64,000 bases of DNA from an uncultured Gammaproteobacteria bacterium (GCA_963764725.1 CAVXTM010000009.1:64001-128000), one strand, 5' to 3'; positions 43,296 through 54,807 are shown, numbered from the stretch's first letter. Made by a program: numbers and translations. Notes: generated by a model from the sequence alone, not told the origin.

Positions 43296-46200
43296 GGCGG
43301 TATGCGCCGATGGCTCGATAGGATCGCCGCATGCGTCGTTTCCAGGAACCGCACCCGGCGCACCGCGCCGTCGCCGCCGCGGTATCGGCCCCGGCCGCCG
43401 CTGCCGTGGCGTATGTGAAAGCTCTCGATCAACACCGGGAAGCGCCACTCCAACACCTCGGGATCGGTCAAACGCGTGTTGGTCATGTGTGTCTGCACGC
43501 AGTCGGCGCCGTCGAAGCCCTCCCCGGCGCCCGAGCCACCGGCGATGGTCTCATAGTATTGATATTCCTCATTGCCGAAGGTGAGGTTGTTCATCGTGCC
43601 TTGCGCGGCGGCCATTACACCGAGCGCCCCATAAAGCGCGTCGGTGACATACTGCGAGGTCTCGACATTGCCCGCCACCACTGCCGCCGGGTAACGCGGG
43701 TTGAGCATCGAGCCCGCCGGGATAATGACCGTCAGGGGCTTGAGGCACCCGGCGTTGAGCGGGATGTCATCGTTGACAAGGGTCCGGAAAACGTAAATCA
43801 CCGCGGCCAGGGTCACGGCCGCTGGTGCGTTGAAGTTGTTCGCCTGCTGCGGCGAGGTGCCGCTAAAGTCGATCACCGCCGCGCGTGTGGTCCTGTCTAT
43901 GGTGATCTTGACGTTGATCGCCGCGCCATGGTCCATCTCGTAAGTGAACTCACCGTCACGAAGCACCTCGATCGCTCGCCGCACCGACTCCTCGGCGTTA
44001 TCTTGCACGTGTCGCATATAGGCCCGCACGGTTTTCAGACCAAAGTAAGCCACCATGCGGCGGAGCTCCTGCACGCCCTTTTCGTTGGCGGCGATCATGG
44101 CGCGCAGGTCGGCCAGATTTTGGCTCGGGTTGCGTGCGGGATAGAGGCTCGAGGTCAGGATCTTCAGTAACTCGTCCTCGCGCAAGCGGCCTTGCTCGAC
44201 GAGGAGGAAGTTATCGATCAATATACCCTCTTCCTCGATATGACGGCTCGCCGGAGGCATAGAGCCCGGCGTCATCCCGCCGATGTCGGCGTGATGCCCG
44301 CGCGAGCCGAGGTAGAACAAAATGCGCTCGCCCCCCTCCTCGAATACCGGTGTGATGACGGTCATGTCCGGGAGGTGCGTGCCACCGCGGTAAGGGGCGT
44401 TCAGCAGGTAGACGTCACCCGGATGCATCGTGTCGGCGTTCGCGCGCCGCACCGCTTGCACGCTCTCGCTCATCGACCCGAGGTGCACGGGCAGGTGAGG
44501 CGCATTGGCGATCAACTGCCCCTCGGCATCGAACAGTGCGCAAGAGAAGTCCAGGCGCTCCTTGATGTTGACCGAGTAAGCGGTGTTGGCGAGCGCTGCG
44601 CCCATCCGCTCGGCGATCGACATGAACAGGTTACTGAATATTTCCAGCATCACCGGATTGGCCTGGGCGCCAAGCGCGGTGCTTTTCGGGCGGGGGATCT
44701 TGCGCGTGAGTACAAGACAGTTCTGCGGCGTGACGGCGGCCTGCCAGCCCGGCTCGATCACGGTGGTGGCGTTGGCTTCGGCGATGATCGCGGGTCCCGC
44801 GATCCGATCGCTGGGCCGCAGCGTATCCCGATCATAGATAGGTGTGGGGTGCTGACAGCCGCCGCTCCACATGGTTACTATCTCGGCGGGTGCCGGAGAG
44901 GTGGCTGCTGCTACCTTCGCGGCAGGAGACGGCGGCACCGGGCGATCTTCGGAGTCTTCTCCCAAGCCCGTCACTTCGACGGAAACCACTTCAACGACGA
45001 GCGGGCGATCGGCCATCAAAAAACCGTAGCGTTGGCGGTATACCTGTTCGAACTGCTTGACCATGTGATTCGGCGCGGCAAAATTGACCGTCAACGCAGA
45101 GTCCGTTCCCTCGTAACGCAGATGCACGCGCTTAGCTACACGCCACCGCGGCCTCGCTTGACCGCTCAATTTCTTACGGCCCTCCACTGCTAGCTCCTCG
45201 AACACGGTACGCAGGCCGGGCATGACCGCCGGATCGAGCTTTGCTTCGATGGCGCGCTCGCGCATGACGCTCACCTCGGCGAGCCCCATGCCATAGGCGG
45301 AAAGCACACCGGCGTGAGCGTGAATGAAGATTTTATCCATCGCCAAAGCGTCGGCGACCAAACAGGCATGTTGACCGGCCGCCCCGCCGAAGCAGCAGAG
45401 ACAATAGGCGGTGACATCGTAACCGCGTTGCACCGAAATCTTCTTGATGGCATTGGCCATATTTCCTATCGCGACCTGGACGAAGCCCTCGGCCACTTCC
45501 AGCGGCGATCGGCTATCGCCGGTGGCGGCCGTGATCTCCGCCGCGAGATCCTCGAACTTTCCTCGCACGATCTCGGCATCGAGCGGCTGATCGCCGCACG
45601 CGCCAAATACGCGCGGAAAGAACCTCGGTTGCAGCTTGCCGAGCATCACGTTGCAGTCGGTGATGGTGAGCGGCCCGTCGGCTCGATAACAGGCCGGCCC
45701 GGGGTAAGCCCCAGCCGAGTCCGGGCCTACCCGATAGCGCATGCCATCGAAGTGAAGAATCGAGCCGCCGCCCGCCGCTACCGTATGGATGAACAGAATG
45801 GGGGCGCGGAACCGTACCCCGGCGACTTGCGTTTCGAAGGCGCGTTCGAGCTCGCCCGCGTAATGGGAGACGTCGGTGGAGGTGCCGCCCATATCGAAGC
45901 CGATCACCTTGTCGAATCCTGCGGCGAGCGCCGTCCTCACCGCCCCGACTACACCGCCTGCCGGGCCGGACAGGAGGCTGTCTTTGCCGCGGAACCGATA
46001 GGCCTCGGCCAGTCCGCCATTGGATTGCATGAACAGTAAACGCGAGCCATGAAGTTCCCGTTCCATGTTCTCGACGTAGCGGCAGAGGATCGGGGAGAGA
46101 TAGGCGTCCGCGACTGTGGTGTCGCCCCGGCTCACGAATTTCATCAGCGGGCTGACTTCATGCGATGCCGAGATCTGCGTGAAGCCGATCGCACGGGCTG

Positions 46201-46759
46201 CCTGCGCCACCTGCCGCTCGTGGGCCGAATAACGATAGCCGTGCATGAAAACGATCGCGACCGCGCGCAAGCCGCGGGCGAATGCGGCCCGCAACTCATT
46301 TTCAGCCCCTTCAAGGTCGAGCGGAACGAGCACCTCGCCGCGGGCGCCGACGCGCTCCCTTACCTCGATCACGTCTGTATAGAGCATCTCGGGCATGATG
46401 ATGTGCCGCGCAAAGATGTGGGGTCGGTTCTGGTAGCCGATGCGCAACGCATCGCGGAAACCCCTCGTCACCACCAACAGCGTCGGTTCGCCCTTGCGCT
46501 CGAGAAGGGCATTGGTCGCGACAGTCGTGCCCATCTTCACCGACTCGATCCACTCGCTCGGGATCGGTTCATCGGGACCGAGGCCTAAAAAATAACGAAT
46601 GCCGGCGAGCGCCGCGTCGGAATACCGGCCCGGATTTTCGGAGAGCAGCTTGTGGGTCAAAAGCCGCCCGTTCGGACTGCGGGCGACGATATCGGTAAAG
46701 GTACCGCCGCGGTCGATCCAGAACTGCCAGCGGGGTTTCGATTCGGACGGCTTCTCCAT
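43100..46759 (-). CDS. 5-oxoprolinase / hydantoinase A+B fusion
   Basis: [59 protein letters not shown]. Confidence 0.95.
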   Translation of the reverse strand: MEKPSESKPRWQFWIDRGGTFTDIVARSPNGRLLTHKLLSENPGRYSDAALAGIRYFLGLGPDEPIPSEWIESVKMGTTVATNALLERKGEPTLLVVTRGFRDALRIGYQNRPHIFARHIIMPEMLYTDVIEVRERVGARGEVLVPLDLEGAENELRAAFARGLRAVAIVFMHGYRYSAHERQVAQAARAIGFTQISASHEVSPLMKFVSRGDTTVADAYLSPILCRYVENMERELHGSRLLFMQSNGGLAEAYRFRGKDSLLSGPAGGVVGAVRTALAAGFDKVIGFDMGGTSTDVSHYAGELERAFETQVAGVRFRAPILFIHTVAAGGGSILHFDGMRYRVGPDSAGAYPGPACYRADGPLTITDCNVMLGKLQPRFFPRVFGACGDQPLDAEIVRGKFEDLAAEITAATGDSRSPLEVAEGFVQVAIGNMANAIKKISVQRGYDVTAYCLCCFGGAAGQHACLVADALAMDKIFIHAHAGVLSAYGMGLAEVSVMRERAIEAKLDPAVMPGLRTVFEELAVEGRKKLSGQARPRWRVAKRVHLRYEGTDSALTVNFAAPNHMVKQFEQVYRQRYGFLMADRPLVVEVVSVEVTGLGEDSEDRPVPPSPAAKVAAATSPAPAEIVTMWSGGCQHPTPIYDRDTLRPSDRIAGPAIIAEANATTVIEPGWQAAVTPQNCLVLTRKIPRPKSTALGAQANPVMLEIFSNLFMSIAERMGAALANTAYSVNIKERLDFSCALFDAEGQLIANAPHLPVHLGSMSESVQAVRRANADTMHPGDVYLLNAPYRGGTHLPDMTVITPVFEEGGERILFYLGSRGHHADIGGMTPGSMPPASRHIEEEGILIDNFLLVEQGRLREDELLKILTSSLYPARNPSQNLADLRAMIAANEKGVQELRRMVAYFGLKTVRAYMRHVQDNAEESVRRAIEVLRDGEFTYEMDHGAAINVKITIDRTTRAAVIDFSGTSPQQANNFNAPAAVTLAAVIYVFRTLVNDDIPLNAGCLKPLTVIIPAGSMLNPRYPAAVVAGNVETSQYVTDALYGALGVMAAAQGTMNNLTFGNEEYQYYETIAGGSGAGEGFDGADCVQTHMTNTRLTDPEVLEWRFPVLIESFHIRHGSGGRGRYRGGDGAVRRVRFLETTHAAILSSHRRIPPYGLAGGEPGKIGRNSVERADGTVESLGGCAATMMRPGDVLVIETPGGGGYGTARIPGAEADAAF

Positions 46760-46919
46760 CGCCGGGAAGATAGCACAAATGGCCGGTCGCGCCTCCCGCC
46801 AAGGTGCGAATCCCAAGCGTGCGCGAGGGAATCAACGTGTACTACGTGGCGGACACCCGAACGATGCGATACGACCGGCTGGCGTCGGTGGATGCACATA
46901 CTGGTGGGATCTCTCGATC

Positions 46920-47219
46920 CTGCGTTATGTCCATTGGGCCAAGGGGCGCATGATCTCATCGCCGCGCTGGACGTGGGTCATGGTTGAAGCCTCCTTGCAA
47001 ACGGTGATGCGCCGTGGTCTCGACCGTTATCGTGCGTCCCATCGGCTGACCCCCCACCAGTGCCAGGTCTGCCATCATATCCTCGCCTGCCGCACCGAAG
47101 CCCTCGGCGGGCTCCGGCTGGATTGCGACCACCACGGGCAGCCGGCCTCAGTACTACGCCTGCCGCGACGCCACTGCCCACCTCAGGCCACCCACCCACC
47201 GCCTCCTACCCGCCAGTGA
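46920..47219 (+). pseudogene. Remnant of an IS91-type integrase/transposase pair
   Basis: LRYVHW..GAHDLIAAL tail followed by MVEASLQ...LTPHQ.QV..HILACRTEALGG...CD zinc-binding start, then deleted. Confidence 0.65.
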
Positions 47220-47395
47220 CTTCCACAGGCTCTCTCCTAAGGAATACAATCGCCTTTAATATAAGGACAACTGATCCAAACCGACAAGCCCGGTGTCGTC
47301 GCGGTTTAGTCCAGCAGACATTTATCCGTCATGCTGGACAGCGCACGACGGATAAATGCATATTTGTTAGCCGTCATAGCTGGAACGTTTCGGCC

Positions 47396-48235
47396 TTGAG
47401 CTCCCTCACTTACTGTTATGTTGACGAGAGCATTCACGATTCCGTGGGCGTCGTTGTTACCGCTTTCGTTTTTAGCAATTCCGCTTTCGCAATTGCTGTA
47501 ACTGAGGCCTTGCGGGACGCAGGCATCAACCCTCCGCACGACGAGTACAAAAGTAGTGCGCGGATGGACACCGACGAACGAATGCGAAGCGCGCGAGACA
47601 ATTTGATGTTTTTGGCCGGTTCCGAGTCAAAGATTGCTGTGTTTATCGGCCCCTTTTATCGACCACGATTGGGACGGCAATCACTGCAAGCACTGCAATC
47701 TGTGTTGGTGCGGAATGCGATCCCTCCCTCATCGTTGCGTGTTCATTTCGATCAGGGGATTTTTCCCTCGGCTTCAGAAGCTTCGCGCCTTCACAGGCTT
47801 TTTCATTCTCTGGCGGGTGCTGAGATCATGCCCGAGGAGGATTCACGCTCCTGTGTAGGAATCCAAGTCGCAGATGCAGTAGCTCATAGCTTCGGACAGA
47901 TCATCAAGGCCGCACTAACAGGTAATGAAAAAATGATCGATATAGGGGGACCAAATACTGGGTATTCCGGAGGGACTGAAGCGCCACTAGGCTGGTCACT
48001 ATTGATGAATCTGCGTTACGCGTTGCTAACCCGCCCCATCATTCATAACGGCGAACCGTATTTGGCAGAATGCGATCCAGTCGTACTAGACCCTGCTAAC
48101 GATGACCCAGTAGATTTTGGTCAGCATCCGACTCTATTGGGATGGGGAGTCCAGGTAGCTCCTGAAGCGGATGCATCGCTACGACAGGCGGTTGAACAAA
48201 AACTGGGGCGTATTTGGCTAGGGTGCATTCATTGA
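47396..48235 (+). CDS. DUF3800-domain protein in a gene-cassette-like unit
   Basis: YVDES and GIQVAD motifs; flanked by GTTAGCCGTCA (47366) and TGACGGCTAA (48233); start (TTG) inferred. Confidence 0.7.
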   Translation: MSSLTYCYVDESIHDSVGVVVTAFVFSNSAFAIAVTEALRDAGINPPHDEYKSSARMDTDERMRSARDNLMFLAGSESKIAVFIGPFYRPRLGRQSLQALQSVLVRNAIPPSSLRVHFDQGIFPSASEASRLHRLFHSLAGAEIMPEEDSRSCVGIQVADAVAHSFGQIIKAALTGNEKMIDIGGPNTGYSGGTEAPLGWSLLMNLRYALLTRPIIHNGEPYLAECDPVVLDPANDDPVDFGQHPTLLGWGVQVAPEADASLRQAVEQKLGRIWLGCIH

Positions 48236-48356
48236 CGGCTAAGCACGTCATCGAGTTGACGGCCTACCCGCAAACGCGCGTAAGGCAGAAAGCTCGCGTA
48301 GGGAGGAACGCCGAAGGTGGTTCCGCCGAATGAATAAGAGGTGATAATGTTTACCG

Positions 48357-48745
48357 ATGCCGGACTACCGCCGTTACCGTGTGCCGGGAGGTACGTACTT
48401 TTTCACCATCAATCTCTTAGAACGCCGCGCCGACTTGTTGGTGCGGCATATCGAGGCGTTGCGGGAAGCAGTGAAGCGTACGCGAGCCGAGCGATCATTC
48501 CATATCGACGCCTGGGTCGTGCTACCCGATCACATGCATTGGCGTGATTACCCTACCACCCGGCGACGATGGCTTTTCCAATCGCATTAGAGCAATCAAG
48601 ATTCGCTTTGTACAGGCGCTGGCGCCGACGGAGCGGCCTTCATCGGTACGAATGGCCAAGGGTGAACGTGGCCTGGCAACGGCGTTTTTGGGAGCATGCT
48701 ATTCGGGACGAGGGAAGATTATGCGCGACATACGGTTACGTCTCA
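48357..48745 (+). pseudogene. REP-associated tyrosine transposase (RAYT), frameshifted
   Basis: MPDYRR..VPGGTYFFT.NL, AWVVLPDHMH, WQRRFWEHAIRD; upstream GTAG-type REP cgtagggaggaacgccgaaggtggttccgcc (48297-48327). Confidence 0.85.
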
Positions 48746-49122
48746 ACATGGCTCGTCTTGAGTAATGCCCAATATGCTGGGCCTGACGTGCTCCGGTACC
48801 TGGCAGGCCGCCTGTCGGAGGCAATGGACGTGCAGGAGACGGTCAAGGCCTGATGTGGAATGCTTAGAAGCGGAGCACGTGCAGGTCGGTTGCTTCAATG
48901 GCCCGACCTTCGACCTTTCATCGTTGGTGAAGGCAGGTGCCATCGCTCGCGCTTGGGGTGGCGAGGGTGCGTTGGACGTTGCCGAGGGGAACGTGTTCCA
49001 GACGTAATGACGCTGGTAACGTGTCATGTCGGCGAAGAGCAACACCCCTGCGGGGTTCCGCGTGTCCTGGGCGGACGGCGGGGCGCTCGGCAGGTCCCCA
49101 AGCGCCGGCCAAAGACCTTGCT

Positions 49123-49707
49123 TCAAAGCCTGAGCAACCAGTAGGTTCGATCTGCAAATACGGTGTCATGCACGGGTAGCTCTTCGAAGCCGAGCTTGGC
49201 GAAAAGGGCTCGGATCGCTGTCGCGTTGGTAGCGGTGCGCGCGATTTGGTAGATGAATCCTTGACTCCGAAGCACAGGGATCAGCGCGGCGGCGAGTCCA
49301 TAGGCGATCTGTCGCCTCCGGGCTCCGGGGTCCACGCAGACCGTGTCCGCGTAGAATAGGCGCTTGCCCTCCTCGAAGAGATAATCGAGCGCCGGAGTGC
49401 CGGAGATCGCGCCGAGCGTGAGGTCCCGAGGGTCGTCGCTCTCTCGAAGGATCTCGTAGCCAAGAGTATAACCGACGATTGCGCCCGAGCCCTTAGTCTT
49501 AGCAATAAAGGCCAGGGCGTTACGCCGCATCAGATCGACGCCGAGGCCGAAGTGAAGGCGCGGCCTTTCGAGATCGTCACTCCAAGGGGGCTCGCGAAAA
49601 GACCGATAGGCTAGGGATGCTATCTGCTCGATCAGGATCCCGGAGGCATCTGCCCGCAAGTCCTCTACGCAGATCCGCTCGACCGCAATGTCGTGGCCAT
49701 CAGTCAT
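49123..49707 (-). CDS. GNAT-family acetyltransferase
   Basis: VCVDPGARRRQIA motif A, AIRALFAKLGF. Confidence 0.75.
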   Translation of the reverse strand: MTDGHDIAVERICVEDLRADASGILIEQIASLAYRSFREPPWSDDLERPRLHFGLGVDLMRRNALAFIAKTKGSGAIVGYTLGYEILRESDDPRDLTLGAISGTPALDYLFEEGKRLFYADTVCVDPGARRRQIAYGLAAALIPVLRSQGFIYQIARTATNATAIRALFAKLGFEELPVHDTVFADRTYWLLRL

Positions 49708-49762
49708 TGGCTTAGGCGCCGCGGGGGTCGAGCGGCTGACAATGCAAAGGAATGATACCGCT

Positions 49763-50464
49763 TTATAGGGGATAATCGGCGTAGATGAGACTGCGCCACA
49801 TATGAGCGGCAGGGCTAGTATCGTAGCCGAGCCCTTCTTTCGGCTGTTTGAAATGCCGGCCAATGATGTCTGTAAATGGCTCGATTGACACCTTCGCAGT
49901 AGGATCAAAGCTGTAATCGTCGTGCAGTGTAATCAGGCGCGCTTCCGTATACCAAGGGTGATTCCGCGCATAGGTGTATGCCGCCTCGATGTAGGGCGGA
50001 GGGGCGTAGTTTTCCCCGAAGATACGGCGGTACATCTCGGGGTACTCGTATCCAACCGAAGGGTCCGGGTAGAAGCGGAGCGCTTGATGGTAGCGGATCG
50101 CCCAACTCACCTTCTCCGAGACGTAGGGCTCGACAAGTTGTGCGCTCCACCATCCGTGATTGACCATCATGAGGTTCATCCCGATGTCGTGCAGCAAACA
50201 CGCTAAAATCGTTTCTTCGGGGCATCCCTGCTTCATGGATCGGGTCGCGCTCTGCAGACAATGGTTGACTGTTCCCGAGGCAAACCGGAACGCGAAGAAG
50301 TCGGCCAAGCTTGGCGTTGCTGGCATGGGTTCGAGCGGTGTGAGCGGCCGCGACGGACACGAGGGAACAAGCGACTTTGCGACAAATAGACAGCCCGCTC
50401 CCTGCCGGTACGTATTCGGCAAGGGAGGTACCGCGTCCGCTGTGTGTTGGTTCCCGGTCGTCAT
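49763..50464 (-). CDS. HD-domain phosphohydrolase
   Basis: HCLQSAT, CLLHDIG, HGWW, IRYHQ; 5' end uncertain. Confidence 0.75.
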   Translation of the reverse strand: MTTGNQHTADAVPPLPNTYRQGAGCLFVAKSLVPSCPSRPLTPLEPMPATPSLADFFAFRFASGTVNHCLQSATRSMKQGCPEETILACLLHDIGMNLMMVNHGWWSAQLVEPYVSEKVSWAIRYHQALRFYPDPSVGYEYPEMYRRIFGENYAPPPYIEAAYTYARNHPWYTEARLITLHDDYSFDPTAKVSIEPFTDIIGRHFKQPKEGLGYDTSPAAHMWRSLIYADYPL

Positions 50465-50589
50465 AGGCTCAAATGTCCCGATAGAAAGCAGGCAGTAATA
50501 CCCAAACCAACCGCCGCGTTTTTAATACTTTAATCATAGCACCTTCGACCGTTGACCTAACGCGCGTAAGGCGGAAGCCCCTTGTGGGG

Positions 50590-50715
50590 TCCCAAAAGAG
50601 GCCCGTAAGCCAGTACTGCCGGTTGATATACTGCACGTAGCACCGTCCCAACGAAATCACAAGCGTGGGTACCGTCGCGGCGTTCCTGGGGGTGAGGAGC
50701 AGGTGGACATGGTAC
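50590..50715 (-). pseudogene. Y1/RAYT-type transposase fragment
   Basis: HVHLLLTP...ISLGRCYVQYINRQY..TG.FW. Confidence 0.7.
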
Positions 50716-50717
50716 GC

Positions 50718-53603
50718 TTAAAACGCTTCGTCCCGTTCGGCGCCGGGGCGCGGTTTCCATTGCAGCGAGTAATACCTTCCCCGGTCGCGAGCCCAAGGAT
50801 CGAAGGCATTCACGACCGAGTCCAGCTCGGCGGCCAATTCCGGTACGGTTCGTAACAGCACGCGCTTGAGCGGAGAGACTTCCTGCGCGTGGCCGTTCGG
50901 GAGCCCTTTTTCCATCACCTTCCCATTCGGACCGTTGTCGTTGATCCAAGCGATCCCCAGCGTGGAATAGAACTCCGGCCGGAAGCTCGAGGTAAAGAAG
51001 CGATCGCTGAATAGACGGCGCGACGCATTGAGGATAAAGACCTGAAACTGCGTTTCGGATATCGCAAAGCCGTGGGGACGCGTGCGCTCGGCCAGCCATC
51101 CGACGACGGTGTCGAGATCCTCGATATTATCCACCAGCGAGCCGTCCGGGTGTCCTAGGCAATCGTTGAACGGAGAGCCGTCGGCGTTGAGCTGCGCATC
51201 CGTGATCACTTTCGAAGCGTCGCATCGATGCTGCCCATACACTTCCCTCAATGCCTTCACGAGATCCTCTTGTTCAACCCGCTCGGGCAAATCCGCGGAA
51301 AGGTTTTGACCTACAAAGTCATCGAAGCCCGTTAGGGTCTTGAGACCGTACTGGCGGCGGAATTCGTTAAATCGCGGTACTCCGCGTTCGCGATCCCGGA
51401 TCAAGTCCAAGGCGGCTACATCGATCTTGCCGGTCGCGGTATGGAGCCGCGGCATCGGCAGGTTCTGCAGAAACCGCGCGTGATTTTGCAACCACAATAG
51501 CCCTAAGCGTTGCCGTCCCATGCTGATCGCCCAATTGGCGAGCCCGCGGCTCCTCATCTCGTGCGTCGCCTTCCCGCGGAAGGTATTTATCACGGGAACC
51601 TTGTGCCGGATGGTGTTCGGATCCCTGTCCCATTCCCGATACTCGACCAGATCCGGAACCATGGGATGTAAGCGATAGACGGTGGTGAATTCTTCCGGAA
51701 AGTTGAACGGCGATCCGAAGTGATTGATGCCTCCGTTCACATGCTCCGGATTGCGCAAATCCCAGACATCCCGTTTGGAAACCTTGGATTCATAGATTCG
51801 ATTCCCGAGCCCGACTATTCCCGGTCCGGAGGCAAACACGGAGTACCAGCCGGCTTTGCCTGAGTCGCTCGTTCGCGCGAGCTTGCCGAGGACCCGTCTC
51901 AAGGCGTCCGCGACGAGCTCGTGATCACTGAACAAACCAAACCAATTCGAGTTCATGCCGAGATAAAGTGGTTCGTCATAAAGCAATTGCGTGGTCCATT
52001 CGACGGTATGGATCTTGGCGATCTCCGCGGCAACGACGAGCCGGGCAATCTCGAACAGCTCGTTTGCACTCACGTCTTTATATTGAATTATCGCATCCGG
52101 TTTGTCGGGGTTTCTGAGCCCCGAATCGGCACCCGGCGTTTCCGCCGCCCGGTTTCTGAATTCATCGACGAAGGCGTTATGCTCGCGTGCGAACACATTA
52201 TGGTAAAAGCTCAGGCCGATGTTCCAGTTGTCGGGGAAGCCGGTCGCTTCTTGGCCGCTCCACGCGGGGTTGATCGGATCAGCCGCACAGCCATCTGTGT
52301 CTGAGATTATTTTGGGGCAGATTATGAATGAGGGAAGATAGCCCAATCGTTCCGCCGGTCTGTTCCCAAACCGCAGAAGTAACAATTTGGCTTTATCGGC
52401 GGGGTCGCGCTTTACCCGCTGCAGCGATACTTCATCGTAGCCATAGAGTTGCGAGCCATCCCACCATGCCGTCACGGTGTTCGCGGCGGTCTTGTGAGCT
52501 CTGGCCAGATACTCCTTGTCTTGATAAATGAATCGGCGTGGTTCATCGGTTTTCGCATAATAGGCCTGATCGATTTTATCCCCGGGGCGGCATTCGAGAT
52601 CTCGAATGGCCTCGGGCGAGAGTGGCTTTTCCTCATTGTTTACGCGTTGCGTTGTGCACCCCATGCCGATCATGGCCGCGTCGTTATGCCCCTCGCTGAG
52701 GTGCGAAAACCAGTCATGGGTCATGAACTGGATCCAAAAAGCCGCGAGCACATTGAAGAAAGGCGCCGGTTTGTAATCGCATTGCGCGTCCTTGGAATCA
52801 CCCGGCAGCCCGAATCCTTCATTGCATTTTGCAGGGTTGGATTGCTTGCGGGAAAATAGCTTTCTGCTGATGACCTGAGGGTCCGGTTTCAATAAGCTTA
52901 GGCGATCGCCGTGGCGGTTCCGAACCAGCTCCGTTTTGCCTAGGTCCGGGAAAGTGGATTCGAACGGCACATTGCGCGCAAACGGCTGATTCGTCGATCC
53001 CATGAGCGGATTGCGAAGGTCATTGCAGATCCCGGTCAGCGTTCGGTAGCGGATGAGCTCACCCTGACAAAGTTGCTCACCGTCCCCGCCCACGTCCCGA
53101 TAATTGGGATGATCGCTTGGCAGGCGCATCTCTTCCCAGATCTTAAGCACCCGTCCGTCGAAACCGTCGCGCCCTTTGACGTAATCTTCATAGGTCTGGT
53201 TGTCAAAGAGATTGAACTTGATGAGCTCCACGCGTTGATACTCTAAATCGATCAACGCCCCATCGACGCCTCTTCCGTTCGCTTGCAAGTGCTGGCCGAC
53301 TCCTGTGACGGCATCTCTTCCTGGTGCCTTGGTGGCCTCATCGCCCGTGGCCCAGTAAGTTTGCCAATCCACCCAAGGCGTCGCCCTGTGCGCGAGGGTT
53401 TTTTCGCCGCCTCTGCAGTTGCCGGTCTCCTTTGCCACCTTTCCGAGAAACCGCAGCATGCGGTCTTCCGCGATTGGGCGAAATCCGTCCGCCGCGACTC
53501 TTGCGCAATCCCGAAGCGCTTCCAATCGCTGCGCTAAGGAATCCGCCGCTGCGCCGTCCCATCTGGTAAGCGCGAGCACCGCGACGAGCAAACGCGACCT
53601 CAT
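50718..53603 (-). CDS. Exported animal-heme-peroxidase-family oxygenase (alpha-dioxygenase/cyclooxygenase-like)
   Basis: Signal peptide MRSRLLVAVLAL..AAA; RTLTGICN, WIQFMTHDWF, REHN, AKIHTVEWT, EEFTTVYRLHPM, RDRERGVPRFNEFRR, SDRFFT. Confidence 0.88.
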   Translation of the reverse strand: MRSRLLVAVLALTRWDGAAADSLAQRLEALRDCARVAADGFRPIAEDRMLRFLGKVAKETGNCRGGEKTLAHRATPWVDWQTYWATGDEATKAPGRDAVTGVGQHLQANGRGVDGALIDLEYQRVELIKFNLFDNQTYEDYVKGRDGFDGRVLKIWEEMRLPSDHPNYRDVGGDGEQLCQGELIRYRTLTGICNDLRNPLMGSTNQPFARNVPFESTFPDLGKTELVRNRHGDRLSLLKPDPQVISRKLFSRKQSNPAKCNEGFGLPGDSKDAQCDYKPAPFFNVLAAFWIQFMTHDWFSHLSEGHNDAAMIGMGCTTQRVNNEEKPLSPEAIRDLECRPGDKIDQAYYAKTDEPRRFIYQDKEYLARAHKTAANTVTAWWDGSQLYGYDEVSLQRVKRDPADKAKLLLLRFGNRPAERLGYLPSFIICPKIISDTDGCAADPINPAWSGQEATGFPDNWNIGLSFYHNVFAREHNAFVDEFRNRAAETPGADSGLRNPDKPDAIIQYKDVSANELFEIARLVVAAEIAKIHTVEWTTQLLYDEPLYLGMNSNWFGLFSDHELVADALRRVLGKLARTSDSGKAGWYSVFASGPGIVGLGNRIYESKVSKRDVWDLRNPEHVNGGINHFGSPFNFPEEFTTVYRLHPMVPDLVEYREWDRDPNTIRHKVPVINTFRGKATHEMRSRGLANWAISMGRQRLGLLWLQNHARFLQNLPMPRLHTATGKIDVAALDLIRDRERGVPRFNEFRRQYGLKTLTGFDDFVGQNLSADLPERVEQEDLVKALREVYGQHRCDASKVITDAQLNADGSPFNDCLGHPDGSLVDNIEDLDTVVGWLAERTRPHGFAISETQFQVFILNASRRLFSDRFFTSSFRPEFYSTLGIAWINDNGPNGKVMEKGLPNGHAQEVSPLKRVLLRTVPELAAELDSVVNAFDPWARDRGRYYSLQWKPRPGAERDEAF

Positions 53604-53726
53604 TGTTCGCGCGCATCCCACGCGACGCCGAGTCGCGCCAGCGATTCCGATACAGGCCATACCGGGCCCGTCCGTGTACAAGCGGAGCGTAGGCACACGC
53701 CTGGCCTGTTGAAACGCCTGAGTCGC

Positions 53727-54398
53727 CTAAAACAGGGCCCCAGCCGCGCCACGAAAATCGGTTGGAGCCGGTTGGCCTCTCTTCCGTGCCTTTTCTCGTG
53801 CTATCTCGTGATTCATGTCGGCAGGGATGAACTGGACCTTCTTGCCCAATCGCTTTGCTGCAACCAGCTCATCTCTGGACACCTCCCCTCCGCCGATTGC
53901 AACTATTACGTCACTGTTTTCGACCATGGCTGTCGAGGTCGGGGACAGTCGCTCGGTGCCCGGCGTGAACCCGCCCCAGGTCGCATCTCTTACGTAGAAG
54001 ACAACGTTGACGCAGGGGGATAGCTTGACGTTGTTTTCCTTCACTTGGGTCGAGACGATACCCGTGGTCAGAAATCCCTTTCGCTTTGCTGTCTCGTACA
54101 CGGTGCCCATACCCTCGGGAGTGGCTCCAATGTTCACGATCGTGGCTCTCGGGTCAAACTCGTCGAGGATTCGGATCGCTTGCTCGAGCATCGCTGTCTT
54201 GTTCTCATACTCGGCGGCTGAGTAGCCCAAGAAGGTCAGAACTTTCATTTCCTTGCCCTTGAAGAAGGAGCGGATCTCTTCAGGGGTTGCCTCTCTAATA
54301 GTCGACGGCTGGTCGCAGCTCTGCGCAATGCGTGCGAACAGCAACGCAAGCAAGGCCACATAAAAAGCGATATGCCACCTCAACTTTGCATGCTCCAT
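53727..54398 (-). CDS. Exported SLOG-superfamily protein
   Basis: Signal peptide; VLTFLGYS, GATPEG, SDVIVAIGGGEVSRDE resemble SLOG/LOG motifs. Confidence 0.6.
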   Translation of the reverse strand: MEHAKLRWHIAFYVALLALLFARIAQSCDQPSTIREATPEEIRSFFKGKEMKVLTFLGYSAAEYENKTAMLEQAIRILDEFDPRATIVNIGATPEGMGTVYETAKRKGFLTTGIVSTQVKENNVKLSPCVNVVFYVRDATWGGFTPGTERLSPTSTAMVENSDVIVAIGGGEVSRDELVAAKRLGKKVQFIPADMNHEIAREKARKRGQPAPTDFRGAAGALF

Positions 54399-54730
54399 GA
54401 TCGTGATTCCTTCTTTCCGCTAAAAGCCGTGGCCCCGGCGCTGCACGCCGACCAATGACTCACGCTGAGGGGGCGCCACGCTTTTTGCGGTATCTCTCAA
54501 TAGCAGACCCCGCGCGCCCGTCCGCTGATCGGGATTGCCTGGTTCCGGCTTGAACCCCTCGAAGTGCCGGGGAATGTCCTTAGCCGGGCGATAGGATCGC
54601 CTTGTTCGCACAATCTGAATCGCTTTTCACAATTGAGCATCGTGGAACCTCATTGAATAAAATGGATATAACTTGCTATCGTTGCGATTGTAAGAATTGA
54701 TATAATTTCAATATAACTGTATGATTATAT

Positions 54731-54807
54731 TGGCGCCCTGGGCCGGACTCGAACCGGCGACCTCCCGCTTAGGAGGCGGACGCTCTATCCACCTGAGCTA
54801 CCAGGGC
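54731..54807 (-). tRNA. tRNA-Arg (CCT)
   Basis: GCCCTGG acceptor stem, D loop GCTCAGGTGGATAGAGC, anticodon loop CTCCTAA, GGTTCGAGTCC, encoded CCA. Confidence 0.97.

Noticed and set aside
47060-47395. Long N-terminus of the DUF3800 ORF
   Set aside because: Crosses IS91 debris and the att-like site; low-complexity read-through.
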